From contig OZ296654.1 in the NCBI GenBank assembly GCA_965655095.1, positions 57,288,001-57,352,000 on the forward strand: 64,000 nt of DNA, written 5' to 3'. The stretch is from Haplodiscus bocki (taxonomy: Eukaryota). The position numbers were made by a program, and so were the translations under genes. Position 1 is the first letter of the stretch. Every line of letters starts with the position of its first letter. This document shows positions 14,105-26,599 of this stretch, in pieces. A model generated the notes under the pieces. That model worked only from the letters and a program-made list of their open reading frames with translations. It was not told where the DNA came from and ran no database searches.

Positions 14105-14412
14105 CCAACAAAAATCACTTGTACCCCTTTTTCCTTATTTTCCTACTTTGAAAATTTATTAAATGCAATTTTTAAATTTTATATTTTTCTTCAATTTCTT
14201 CCTTATTTTCATCAAAAAGCAGAAAATCAAGGAAATTTTGTCTTGGAACTAAGGAGACTATAAAAAAAGATAGTTGAACCTTTCTTTGTTTTTGTGCTTC
14301 CTGATGAGGAAAAGGAGGAAAACAGGAAAAGATAAAAAAATTCAGGTGAAATATAAAAAATTTTCGATGTGGTAAAATGAGCAAATGCGGGAATGGAAGT
14401 GAATTTTGTTGG
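14105..14412. mobile_element. Foldback MITE with TA target duplication
   Basis: TA|ccaacaaaaatcactt at 14103 and aagtgaattttgttgg|TA at 14414; the two halves are imperfect reverse complements over about 140 bp. Confidence 0.7.
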
Positions 14413-14416
14413 TACC

Positions 14417-15700
14417 TGTCATGACCAACTTCTGGGCCAGAGTTTGGTGTAGTCTGGCTGCGGAAAATGACAGCTTCAGGATTGAGATCACTTCGGGAAT
14501 CGTCCTCATTCGTTCCCTGGTTTTCCACGTTTGTGTTTCGGATTGCTCCTGGAACGGTTCTGGAGTGCGTCCGTATCTGTGGGTTGAAAAGAAAAATGTT
14601 TAATCTAGACAGAGCACCCAAAATGCGGGACTCTGTCCTGCTGAACTTCTGAGACAGTCTTTCAGTGACTCAAATTTCAATCTCCCATGAAACTTGCGTG
14701 ATATAATCCTCGTTAATTCTAGGAACGGACGTGTTTCATGACTGGCCGTTCCTAGGATGTCCCTCTTGTAATTCTGTTGTAACGGCTGTTAACTTTCGTT
14801 TGTTTCCATATTGCCATATTTTTGAAGGGAAACTCCTATGCAGTTATGAAGATTGATTTTGTTTTTAATTGTTAATCAACTTCAGGTTAAAACAAAAAGG
14901 TGATTCTTTAGAGTAAACTACTAATCGCAATCATTACAGTCAACTGATATTCAAAGTGATACTAAGAATCTCTTTGTTGTAATAATTTCATTTCTCCTAT
15001 TTATACCTCCTCTTTGGCAGGGAACACAATTGTTTACACGCAAGGTGAAGGTACAAAGTACGGAAAAGTACCTTCATCATAATAATTACAAAAGAAATAT
15101 GCCGGCTCTGGCTTGAAATAAACACCAATCCGTCCATTTATTCCTTTGCAGATCGAGTTTTTCCATCTTTCGAAGGAAAATATATGGGAATGATCAGTCG
15201 GAAATGGTTATCAAAGTGCCTATTCCTGCACCGACGCAATAAAAAAATAAATAATATCATAAACAAATAATCAGAAAGATTTTCCATAAGAAGAAGGTAT
15301 TGAAAAATGCACCAAAAGTAGGTGAAACACACTAAAATTTTCACAGAGGATCATAATTACAAAATTGGAAATAATATTCCATCGCTTAAGTCCACTTTTG
15401 AAACAAAACTAGGCTTTTCCTAGTCCTTTCTTCGTTGCTACAGGCTGGTTCCTCACTTTGGCCGAAGCGTTTCGGAGCGACTTCGTAGCCGCCTGTAGCA
15501 CTGTTCGCTGCAGTGCTACTCAGAAGAATGCGATAGGTTGGTACGCAACCATTCCTTGTTTGTCCAAATTGACACAGCATAATAGCACAGCGGATTGGTT
15601 GAACTTTTAGTGACGTCACCAGATCGGTAGCGACGGAACGCGTACAGAACAAATATTCACTCCCAGAGTAGCTAGGTAGATACGTGTCCGTTCCGTAACA
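14417..15700 (-). mobile_element. Solo LTR (about 1.28 kb), probably Gypsy-type
   Basis: Minus-strand termini TGTTACG...CATGACA; flanks tacc (14413-14416) and tatc (15701-15704) fit a degenerate 4-bp TSD; TATAAATA on minus at 14998-15005; GC content higher than the flanks. Confidence 0.65.
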
Positions 15701-16990
15701 TATCGGTCCCAATGTGGATCAGTACACGGGAGTGCTACGTATACAATACGTGGCAATTACATTAACATTTACTGGGGAGTGATAGGTAATTGATATGTAT
15801 CAACTACACATAAAGTCGTTGATATATGACTGCAACAATAGTATGTAAATGAAAAAAGAAAAATCTAAAGTTTTGATACAGTTTCTTCTAATTTTCAGAC
15901 AATCCGGGGTTTCTTTTTCTTTCGTTATGCCCGTAGGCTTCGCGGATATACTGCGACACTCCCCCTCTTCTGTGAAAGGACATTCTCATGGTCAATCTTC
16001 TTTTCTGTTTTCGATCCGCTTTGCTCCTCGGTGATTGTTCCGCATACATATCACAATTATCAGGAGTTGACAAAATGACCAATCGCCAGTATAAATTTGA
16101 ATCCTCAGTGAACAATTGTGCTCGCTGATGAGGGCTGATGAATTCACCAAAAGTTCTTTGTCAATTGACAGAATATTTGCGTACATTTCCCGTAGTTTTG
16201 AGAGTTGATCACTTTTCTTATTTATATGTACGTACACATATAGATGCACTCAATCTCAGAACCAATTCAATCCATCACGCACTCACGACTTTGTCTATGC
16301 GCAACCAGTGTCTAGTTTTGCTCAAACGAAGTCTTGGAAGTGAATGTAAAAGAAACGGTTCTGCTATATACTGTGTCTCTATAGTACTAAATGACGAGGC
16401 ATTTGGCTACATACACTTATGACAGCACGGATATAATCATTGAGCATGAAAATGACTATTAGCACAACAGTTGTACCCAGCCTGTTCTACCTCAACAAGT
16501 CATTTTTGTTTCCGTGACTTACGTCTCTCCTAGAGGGATAAGGGTGAGGTTGCTATCCTTTCTTATCATAAAACGTGGGTTGATTAAAACAGAAGTACGA
16601 GTACTAAACAGATGCTTATTACAAGTACTTTATCTTACCAACCCAGGGTGGCAATTCAGCTTGGGTTTCAATATATAGAGTTCCCTATAATGGAACTGGA
16701 ACCGATACCGTTGATCAGTACCAAGAATTCTGGTGGTGTACCAGTTAGTGATTGCCGACTTTTTTGTAGTATGTAACCCGGACCGTTCAGGACGAAGAAG
16801 TCTTTTTAAACTTACTATATATATGATCGTCATAACAGTGCAAGAGAGTGAAAGAGATCATCATAGTATCATACTACAACAATAGTCCTACTCGATCAGC
16901 TCAACACACTATTACTAAAAATAGATTGTGTAAGGTGGTTAGTTTGGAGAGAGCTACTACCATACGCGTCAAGTTATAAGAAGGTGCATT

Positions 16991-17810
16991 TTCTTAGAGA
17001 CACTACTATGACATAAGAAGGTATATCGATTCCATTTCCAACGCCTAATTCAAAAATGCATTCAGTTAGGAGTTGTATATATCTCAAAAACGCATGTCTT
17101 TTAATGTGAGATAAATCATATGCAGTTTCATTTAAGTTCCGATCGTTCGATATATCGTGTTGAATCACACTCGGAATAAGGTGAGGTAAAAAAGTATTTT
17201 AGCTTTTGTGAAAATTTTTCCACATATTAGCGGATGATCGCCAGATAAATCACTAACAATGTTTTTTCTTTTAATTTTTTAATTGTCAATTTATAACGTA
17301 ATCCAAATGTAGCTTTCTCTGGATGTTCATTGAGAGCAAAAACATCTGTTAATTAATGGAAAGATGAAACTTACGTTTTTTTAATCAATACTTTCTCAAC
17401 TATGATAGTCAACTCCCAGAGCAAAACCAATGGAGGAACCCTTATGGTTTCTTGTTGATACAAATGAATTATTCCTTAAACAAACTGTATAATCACTAAT
17501 TTTCGACTCTATACTACTATTGGTTGAAATTTCGTACTGACTAAAGAAAGAAATTGGTCCTAAATTAACTAATTGTATGATATTAGCAATTGTAAATTTT
17601 CTATCAGCATCAACATCCTATTTTCCTTCATCGTCTATCACAGGAAATTTATCTCCTTAAGATAGTACTCAAATTTTTTCTTGGTTTATCAAACGAAAAT
17701 TGACCGTTTGTCGTGTTTGCACCGAATATTGATTGAGGAGTATAACGGTCATATTCAAATTTAAAAGTTTTTGTGTCAAATAAATTTTTTCAGATAATTT
17801 GAACTTTTGA
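16991..17810 (-). pseudogene. MCP type A, 5' part (copy)
   Basis: ORF 16974..17168 'IFELGVGNGIDIPSYVIVVSL'. Confidence 0.7.
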
Positions 17811-19049
17811 TTTAGTTTTTAAAATCTTTTGAGTTATGGTAAAGTGTTTATTTTCTGGCACTCATCATTAACAGCTACAATTTCATCATCAAATCCATCA
17901 GTGCCATTTCCACCATTCGTTTCCGGGATGATTTATTGAGAACTTTTACATAATTGACATGGAGTTTGTGGAACAAAAAAGTCACTGAACGGAAACCAAG
18001 CTGCCCAGAATTTCGATCACAAAAACTTTTTTTTTCACATTTTTCACAAACACTTCTTTTGAATCATCACTTGCCTAGTAATATTCAAAATGACCATCAT
18101 GGTCTTCTTCTTCCTATTCTTCTTCTTCTTCTTTTTCTTCTTCGTCTTCTTTTTTGTCTTCTAGCCCACTAGAAACACTTTCATTGCATCTAGTTTGAAT
18201 TCCAGACTTCGTTTGTGGGTCAAATTTTGTTCGATTAGGTAATTTATCGTTAAAAAATTTGTGTCTTTTATCTTTACCACTTTCTTATTTTCTCAAACCC
18301 TCAATTCTTTCGAAAATTGGTACACTTTTCTAAAGTTGCAAATTGATGATCTTTAAAATTATCTTTATCTTAAAGAAAAGAAAATACCATTTCTAAGAGA
18401 GGGCCTGTAAAATTAGAACTTTTCCAGGAACTACGAGAAGAAATTCAATATTCAGAAGTTCATTTCCTCCACCGTTTTTCATGTAATCATTTTTTTGTAA
18501 TAGAAAATCATTCAAATCTATTTCGAGTGCTTTTTCTTTTGTCTTCAGCAAAACAAAATCATCAATTACAGCTCCAATTGGATTTGGCTCTTTTTCTCCA
18601 CATCTCCAGTACTATCATTCACTTTTTTAAGTCCTCTCTTTGCAGTAAGTTTTCACCTAAACTAGTTATAGATTCAACTGGCTGTCCGTCTTGTGCAAGT
18701 GTACTGCTTGGAAATTATTATTATTTTTATTGTTCGTATCAATTGCTTTAAATTCCATAAGTGTGGCTTTTGTTTGTCTAAGTAATTTTTCACTCGAATC
18801 TTTAACTGATTTTATTATTGGTTCAGAACGAGCTGACTTCTTAAACCACAAGCCGTTTCAACTAATTTTTCTTAAACTTACAGGTTTCCACACACAATTG
18901 TAACGCTGCAAAACATTTTTGAGCCGCTATCTGTTTTTCGATACTTGTTACCGTCAACATGTTTCTATTTTTAAAAATCATTTATCTCCAAATAATTTTT
19001 CATCCCGAAAAGGGCTCGTTTTTGGTACACACTACAATTTTTTCTGGTT

Positions 19050-19630
19050 TTCCTTGTTACGAATGTTATACTGACCTTCATTTTCATTTTTAAACCTATC
19101 AATATAGAAATAGGTTTTTCTTTCTTCCTTCCATACTTCTCATACTTCTCTAGACATTTTCTTTTTTTTTCATCATAAATCATAACAAATCCAGCAGTTT
19201 TTTCAAAAGGTTTTTCACATCTTTAAAAGTTTGTTCAGTCAAAATGAATATGTTGCAGTTCTTTCGTTTTGATGTTTTTGGTAAATCACAACAAGATTGA
19301 CACAAAAGATAATTATCTAAATCTTTTTGACGCCCTGTAGTGATAAAAGGACCAGTTTCTACTTGGCTCTAATCTAACATATCAACAGAAAACCGCAAAA
19401 CCACTAGTTTCTCTGATGTCGTCATCTATAAAAAATGCATCACTATGTTTTTCAGATGATCTGGTTTTTTCAAGAACATCTCTGCCAAATATGATTTCAA
19501 TTTTTTCATTTTAGCACAAACTTTACAGGAACAAATAAGAGAAAAGATACCCACAGAACGAGTCCTACAAAAAACCATTTTTGTTTTTTTCATATATATT
19601 TTTTCGCAACCAATTTTGCTGTGCAATTTT
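19050..19630 (-). pseudogene. Packaging ATPase (copy of 7400-7990)
   Basis: Near-identical to 7400-7990; ORF 19426..19626. Confidence 0.75.
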
Positions 19631-22009
19631 TCCCAAAACTGCCATGTAATTTTTTTTAATTAAAAATTTTTCACATCTTTTTTTACTTTCCTGTATTACT
19701 TTATACCCTCTGAAAAATTTTTCCCTTCTTTCCAAAAATAACGATATGAGGCCAAAAAGTAGGAAAAGTGGCTCGAAAAGCTATGTTCCAGTTGCGGGGA
19801 AATCAGAAAAGATAATCTTTTGTTGTGCTCTTGCACAATATTATAGATAGATTCCATATTTCTTCATAAACATTTCATATAGTACCTTTATGTTTATTGT
19901 TAATCCGCAGGCAACTCCTTTGGAAATTGGCAAACTAACAATCGAAAACCAGTTACACAAAATATTATGAAAGTGAAAGTTGTAACAATGAAAACAGGAG
20001 TATCAATTTTTTTAAAGTGTTAGGTAGGACTACATAGTTCTTATGTTTCTTTTTTGCTTTGCCATTTTCATCGTTAAAGTAGGTAACATTATCGTTGAGA
20101 TTGTTAAAAGAGTTGTAACAGATATAAACATCCTTCTTCAGTTTTCCAATTTTTGTTCCAACATTTGTGGATGGTTCTAGCGGCGCAGATGTATATGACT
20201 TTCAAGCAGACCTTTCAGAATACAGAAGAACTCTTTTATTTTTAATTTAGACAATGTTAGATTGATTAATTTTTTTACCAGTATGTGAAAGTCTTTATAC
20301 ATCTGAAATTGATGATGAAGCTGCCATAGGATTTCTAGATACTGCTGCGTTAACCATTTTTTCTTATTTTTTTTTCAATACCCTTCCAGGATTGTTCAAT
20401 AATTTCTTAGCTGATTTACAAACAGAATTAGCAGAATCAATTGCTATGTTTTTGAAAACTTCACGAAATATTCAAACGTTGTGTCTTTATGATTAACAAT
20501 ATTTGACTCTTTTTCTTACATTGAACGCAATTAAATTAAGAATTTCCGAACTGTTTTTAGTTTGATCTCCTTTCAAGGGCTATTGTATTGGAATAACGAC
20601 GACCTCGACTGCAGAAGTTAACAGTTTTAAAATCTTCATACGACATATTTCAGAAAGCCTTAAATTTACAATTTCAATACCAGTAAAGTAAACGTCATAC
20701 TCTCAATATTAAAATCATTTCTACTTTTCTTCCTTTTTTCATTTATATTGTAATTCTTTTTTTCAAAGTTGAATAATTTTTTTCTTTCATAAAGTCTTGT
20801 TTCTGGATAAAAAAAATTGTAAGCTCGTTGTTTATCTAAAGCAGAAGTAGATGGAAAAGTTGGTCTCAAGCCACTAACAATAGTTCCTACAAAACAATCG
20901 CTTTTTGATTAAACTTCAATCAAATCAATTATTTTTTCAATTTAACACCAATCAAGGTAGTTATGAAATTTTAACCCCAGTATTGATCATAACAAAAATT
21001 GTTATACTGAAAAAATATTGTTTCGTCAAACCATAAGGCTTTATTTGTTTCTAAGTTTGAACTCGTCATTATATTGTTAACAGAAATTGAATGTCAACTT
21101 TTTTCAACTGGTCAATTTGCGGCACATTTTCATCTAATCCCGGTAAAAATTCAGATGGAAGACAATGAGAATTGAAATATGATAAAAATTGTTTAATTTC
21201 TTCTTTTTTCGTTTTTTTTTCATCTAACGAAAAGTTCAAAATTTCGAAAAAATGTTGAAGACTTTCAGTCAAAACATTTTCAAAAGCCTTACTACTTTCG
21301 TCATATAAAATGAAAAATGTTCTTCTTCTGCAAAGTTAAATAAATTTTTCATTACGATTGGGTTACTCTATAGTATTTTCAAAACTTATCAAAAATAGTT
21401 CGTCATAATCTTTCATTCGTTTTTTCGTTTAATCGATTAGTCTATTTTTGTCATATGTATCTAAAGGAGTACATTTTTTAACCTAAAAATCTCGTGGTCT
21501 CCCGGAGTGGGGACATAGCTCTCCACGTTATCTTCATCTACTTTTTGTTTTTTTTAAAATTCGTTCTATACAATTTTTTTTCAAAATCATTTTGAACTTT
21601 TCTTTGCTTGTTAGCAACATTAACAAATTCCCTTCCAAATGTAAATTGATTCTGATGTTTGTTCTTTTCAAAACTCTATTGTCTCTAGTGCTTTTTTTGT
21701 TAATGGTTTGTTATTGTCTTTGCAATTTCACTAATGTTTGTAAAACGTCATCTTTAAATAGAAATATTGGAAAAAATGAAAAAATTCACCATAACCTATG
21801 CAATATTTATCTTTTAAATATTGCCAAGGTTACATGCTTGGGCAATATGGCATCACATAAAAAGAAGCATTTTTCGGATTTTCTTCAATTCCTGTAATAT
21901 GTTGAGCAAAAAAATTGGTGGTCCGTCAAAGCTAAGAACCTGTTATTTATTTAGTTCTTGGTGTGTTATTTCATCATTTCGCAGTAAACTTACTATAACA
22001 TGAATAGGT

Positions 22010-22809
22010 ATATCAATTCCAGTTCAAACAGTCAGTTAAAAAATTGCGTTCACATTGTTGTTGTACGTAATTCATAAACGCAGATGTTTTGATGTAAAAG
22101 AAGTCAGTTGAAAGTTCAGTTATTTTGTGATGGTTCCATTAATCGTGTGGAGTTACACTTGGAGTTTAGTGAGTTAAATACCGATTCACAGCAATTTTGA
22201 AAATTTTTCCAATTACTGTAGCATGATCTCCAGGTGAGACACTATCAGTATTAGCCTTTCAATTTGTTAGTATATAACTTAATCAATATGTAGCTTTGTT
22301 GGATGTTCATCGAAGCCAAAGAGATCGTTTAGTAAAATGCTTGCATGAAACTTACTTTTTTTTCAAGAAGGCTTCTTTCTTGCGATCATCAATTTCAGGT
22401 ACAAAACATAGGAGAAATCTCTATGATATCTAAGTGAGCTGAAATATTATACACAAAACAAACTATATGATCTTGATCAATGTTTTCCAGTTTTTTCCAC
22501 CACTAGTTGATAATTTGTTCTCACTATATGAGAAAATGGACACAAATTAATTAACCGCATACCATCAGCATTTGTGAATCACCTGTCAGCACCAGAATCA
22601 TGTTTAACTTCACCGTCTATTTCAAGATAACCATCTCTGCAAGATAGTACTGAAGTTTCTGTTGGTGAATCATTAAAAATTTCACCGCTTGTTGTGTTTG
22701 CACTAAGTTTTGATTCCGCAGTATAAAGGCTATAATCACAGTTAAGGATTGTTCTGTCAATTATAAATTTTCTCAGATAGATAATATTTCGAATTAGTTT
22801 AAAATTCAT
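22010..22809 (-). pseudogene. MCP type B, 5' part (divergent paralog)
   Basis: ORF 22579..22809 'IDRTILNCDYSLYT..SVLSCRDGYLEIDGEVKH' aligns with the MCP N-terminus at 48660 ('LDRRILKCVYVIYSP') and with about 5600-6170. Confidence 0.65.
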
Positions 22810-22998
22810 TGATTTTTTTGAGTTCTGGTAATGCGTTTATATTCTAATAACTCTTCAAGTACGGCTACAATTTCATCATCAAACAACTTAATGTCATTTT
22901 CACCCTTCTTCTTTGAGATTACTAATTTTATTCTGTTCTTCAACTGATCTGGATTTTGTGGAAGACAAAACGTCAATATACGGATACCTAATTGTCCA

Positions 22999-23000
<2 letters not shown>

Positions 23001-23052
<52 letters not shown>
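23001..23052. repeat. (CT)26 microsatellite
   Basis: Perfect dinucleotide run. Confidence 0.98.
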
Positions 23053-23057
<5 letters not shown>

Positions 23058-23152
23058 AATCTTATCAAACTTTACAAAATAACTTTTTTTGAGTCATCGC
23101 TTGCGTAGTATGGTTCAATAACCGAAACAAAGTTTTGATCTGCTTGTCGTTC

Positions 23153-23184
<32 letters not shown>
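23153..23184. repeat. (TTG)n microsatellite (poly-Gln on minus strand)
   Basis: About 10 perfect units. Confidence 0.95.
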
Positions 23185-23185
<1 letters not shown>

Positions 23186-24999
23186 TTCTTCATTCCCGTC
23201 TACATACCTATCAGGTGTAACTTCATTTGAATTGCATATTTCCCTCCTGGATCAAATCTTGTTGCATAAAGTAAGTATCCATTTACAATTTCATCTCTTT
23301 TACCTTTGCCATCTTTTTTACTTATTACAAATTTCTTCAGTTCTCTCAAAAACTGATACTTTTTTCTAAAGTCATCATCTTCAGGATCCTCTATACTATA
23401 TTTGTCATCTTAGAGACCAGTTACCATAAGAGAAGATATGTAGAAACGAATTTTTTGTCTTTAGAAAATAATCTGTTGTTCATAAGTTTAATTGGTCTAC
23501 AATTTTTTAGGTGACTGTAGTTTTTTCGTGCTGGAAACCTTTAGCTATTTTTTATATTTTTAACTTCGTTCTTTCCATTTGTTGTAATGAAACTAGAAAT
23601 GATTATCTTCAATCTCGGTAGGTCCATTAACAAATTTCACTCTAAATTCAAAGTGTTTTTGATAATTGTTCTTTTGTACATTCAAATGTCTGTTGCTCCT
23701 TTGTTTGTGAGGTGTTTTTTCCCTTCCCTTTGAAAAATCGAAAGTAACAAATTTTCAAATTAATTACTAGAAAAAACCACATTTAAATCCAATTATAAAC
23801 ACTTTTTTCATTAGAATTGTGAAAGTTTCAAGTTCACCTTCAAGTTTGGCTACGTTTCCGCCATCTTGTTCCAAAAGAAGTGTTTTTAATAAAAAACTGT
23901 TTTCAATATTTGAAAAGTTCAATTTTAGGTTTGATAATATTTCGATGTTCTGGTGCCACGTATAATGGGAAACTATATAAACAACGTTTATTAGTAACGT
24001 TTAAAAAGCTGCCATTATTACAATCACAATTACAATGAATTTTATCATTTGTGATAATATTTTTCATCTGATCATTTTGTAACTGTCATTAGTTTTTTCC
24101 GTTGTGATTGGATCATAGTCTATTACCGTGAGAAGCAGGACTCTTTATCAATTTTCTTTTCTGTAAAATCTTTTCCACTCTAGAGTGTCATATTTGTTTT
24201 CGTTGTTGTAATGTCAGCTAAAATTATTTTTAAATGAGGGAGGGCGTCATTAATTCCCGTTATTTCATTAATTGCTTCTAGTGTTGACCAATAAAGAGTC
24301 ATTGACTCAAGAGATAGTATGTCTATTAAATCTGAATTTTCCAAAAAAAGTTACTTTCATTCTGCATTTCATATCTTCATAGTCTCTACTTTTTTTTCTT
24401 TTTTAATCCTCTGTTTTTTTCTTGATAGGTTATATTTAGGATCGGGTAAAAAATTGCTTTTTCTCGAACTGCTAATTCGTTTCTGTTTTTAATTTGATTG
24501 TCACTCACTACTTCTGTTTATGTTTCAACTGTGTGTTCAATTTTGAGAAATGTGGGACTAATTTTATAGTAACGAAGAAACAAAAATGAAAAGTATTTGT
24601 TTTGATATGTTATGATATATTTAGACGTAAATACTTCCAAAGTCAGCATTACCATCATCCATTTTGCCTCTTTCGAATAAAACGGTGTTCTGAAAGAAAA
24701 TTTTCTATTGTTAATTTAAAATGGGGTCCGAAGTTCCTTGTGGTTTTGTTTTTGTTTGCTCATTGACTTTGTCAGTGACTTTTTCAATTGTGAGTAATAG
24801 TTCATCTCTTTTAAATTAACTTGAAAACCTTAGTTCCTTCAGTAGTTACCTTTTTTCACAAATTATCACTTCACCGTGGAAACTTTTTTACTTCATCTTT
24901 CCATTCTCATTAGGATTACGGTTTCCTCTACACACTGGTTTGTTTCTCACACTGTTATCAATATTATTTTTCTTTTTCTGTAAGTTTTTCAACGACATT

Positions 25000-25340
25000 A
25001 TTGTAGTAAAGCATTTCAGAATTTTTTGGGTTAAGTTGTTTATTAAGTAAATAGTATAAAGCTAATAGGCAGCACTGTAACTGTCTTTTCCTTGAATTTT
25101 TTGATCAAAAAACCAACTTTTTCATTTTTTTTTCATTGATAAAACATGATAAAATTTTCAGAGGTGGGCATCAGCAAGATTGTTTATAGTATTCGTTTTA
25201 TATGCTATCCAGTGAGTACCTTCAGTGGCATGAAGATTTACAGTACCATATTGTGTTGTAAAATTACTGTCCCTCAATTATTTCTTGGTATTCAATCCCA
25301 ATTGATTTGGTCTTTTTTTATACTTTTGTGTCTGATGTTC
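25000..25340 (-). pseudogene. Adenain-like maturation cysteine protease
   Basis: 'GTVNLHATEGTHWIAY' and 'QKIQGKDSYSAAY*LYTIYL' (His and Gln/Cys motifs; catalytic Cys lost). Confidence 0.75.
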
Positions 25341-26599
25341 ATCGAGTTTTGGAATGATAAAACGCACTAGACTCGGTAACTGTTGTCAACTTCATCTTTT
25401 TAACATTTTTTTAAACTCCTAACTCTTATCTGTCTTTTCAAAAAGTAGAATAATCATTTAAAATTTCATTTTTGATATCAACATATTTATATCAGCCAAC
25501 ACCATAAAGTGTTCGTAATGTAGCTCTGATAATCTTTTGAATCAAAGTAATGTTTTTGAATGTAAGTTCATAAAAGTGGAATCAGTTTTTTTGAAGACGG
25601 TTCTGCTTGTTCGTGTCATAAGCAGTTATTTTCGCTGTTTTCTATTAAACCTTATATATTCATGTCTTTTTCTTTATGGACTCGAGTTTTTTTCTAAATT
25701 GTTTTCCTCACTTTGTAAATCATTGAATTTTTTCTTTAATTAGTGTAGACTTTTGAACTTTTTTAAAAATTTTTTCTCATAGATTAGTTTTTAGGTATAC
25801 AATACAAAAAGTTCACTTCTAACAACCTTATCAAATCTCCATTGACTCAAATTTTCTATTTGTGATTTGGCTAATAGAGTTTTCAAAATTCCCATCAAAT
25901 TTTTACCTTTTTTCTCAACACGTTTTTTTTGAATTGTCTTGCTCTTTTTTTGTCTTTTCTTGTTTCATCAAAATTTTCCCCAATTTATCACCTTCAGTAG
26001 GTAATTTTAAAATATCTTCTCTCTTTGAACAATACTCTTTTCTAATAGTTGCCATAGTTACTTTTCTTTCCTCGTCTTTTTTAACTGGTGTTAATAATGA
26101 TTGGGCTGCATAATCTTTTGAATTTTGCTTTATTTGTTCTTCTTTAGTTTTAACATTCGATACAAGTTGTATTGCTAACCCAAATTGATATGAATTTTAT
26201 TTTTCAAAAAATTTTGTCGAAGTATTTTCGTCGGTTTCAGTTACAGTTCCTTTTTCCACTATGGATGAATTAACAGGAGCCCCTTGTAGTATATGTTTTT
26301 GTTTCGAGTGTTTTTCGTTTTTATTGGCTGTCCATGTTCATATCACCTCTAAATAATTTAACGTAGAATCTGAACGTTCCAGTTCCTTCGCTCTTTGATT
26401 TGGTGTTAGCTTGGGATATTTTGTTTCCGTTTCCATGAAATTCAACGGTAAGCTTTTTAATGGAAACCGAGTTTTGAATTTGGGTCCTGTTTTGTAATTT
26501 GTAAGGTGAATTCAAAGTAAAGGTAGAACAATAATAAAAAAATATGTTCATTTTGTATTTTTGTTTTACAAAGTTCGTCATACAATTCACTACATGTTC

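Larger units (their letters stand above)
22820..24000 (-). pseudogene. Third paralog of the ATPase-MCP spacer gene (partial copy at 10640-11400)
   Basis: 'DDEIVAVLEE' 3' end and 'GKGKRDEI', homologous to 6190-6800. Confidence 0.5.

Noticed and set aside
14172-14416. C-terminal half of the longest ORF (149 aa)
   Set aside because: Read-through from the LTR ORF into the non-coding MITE; chimeric by chance.
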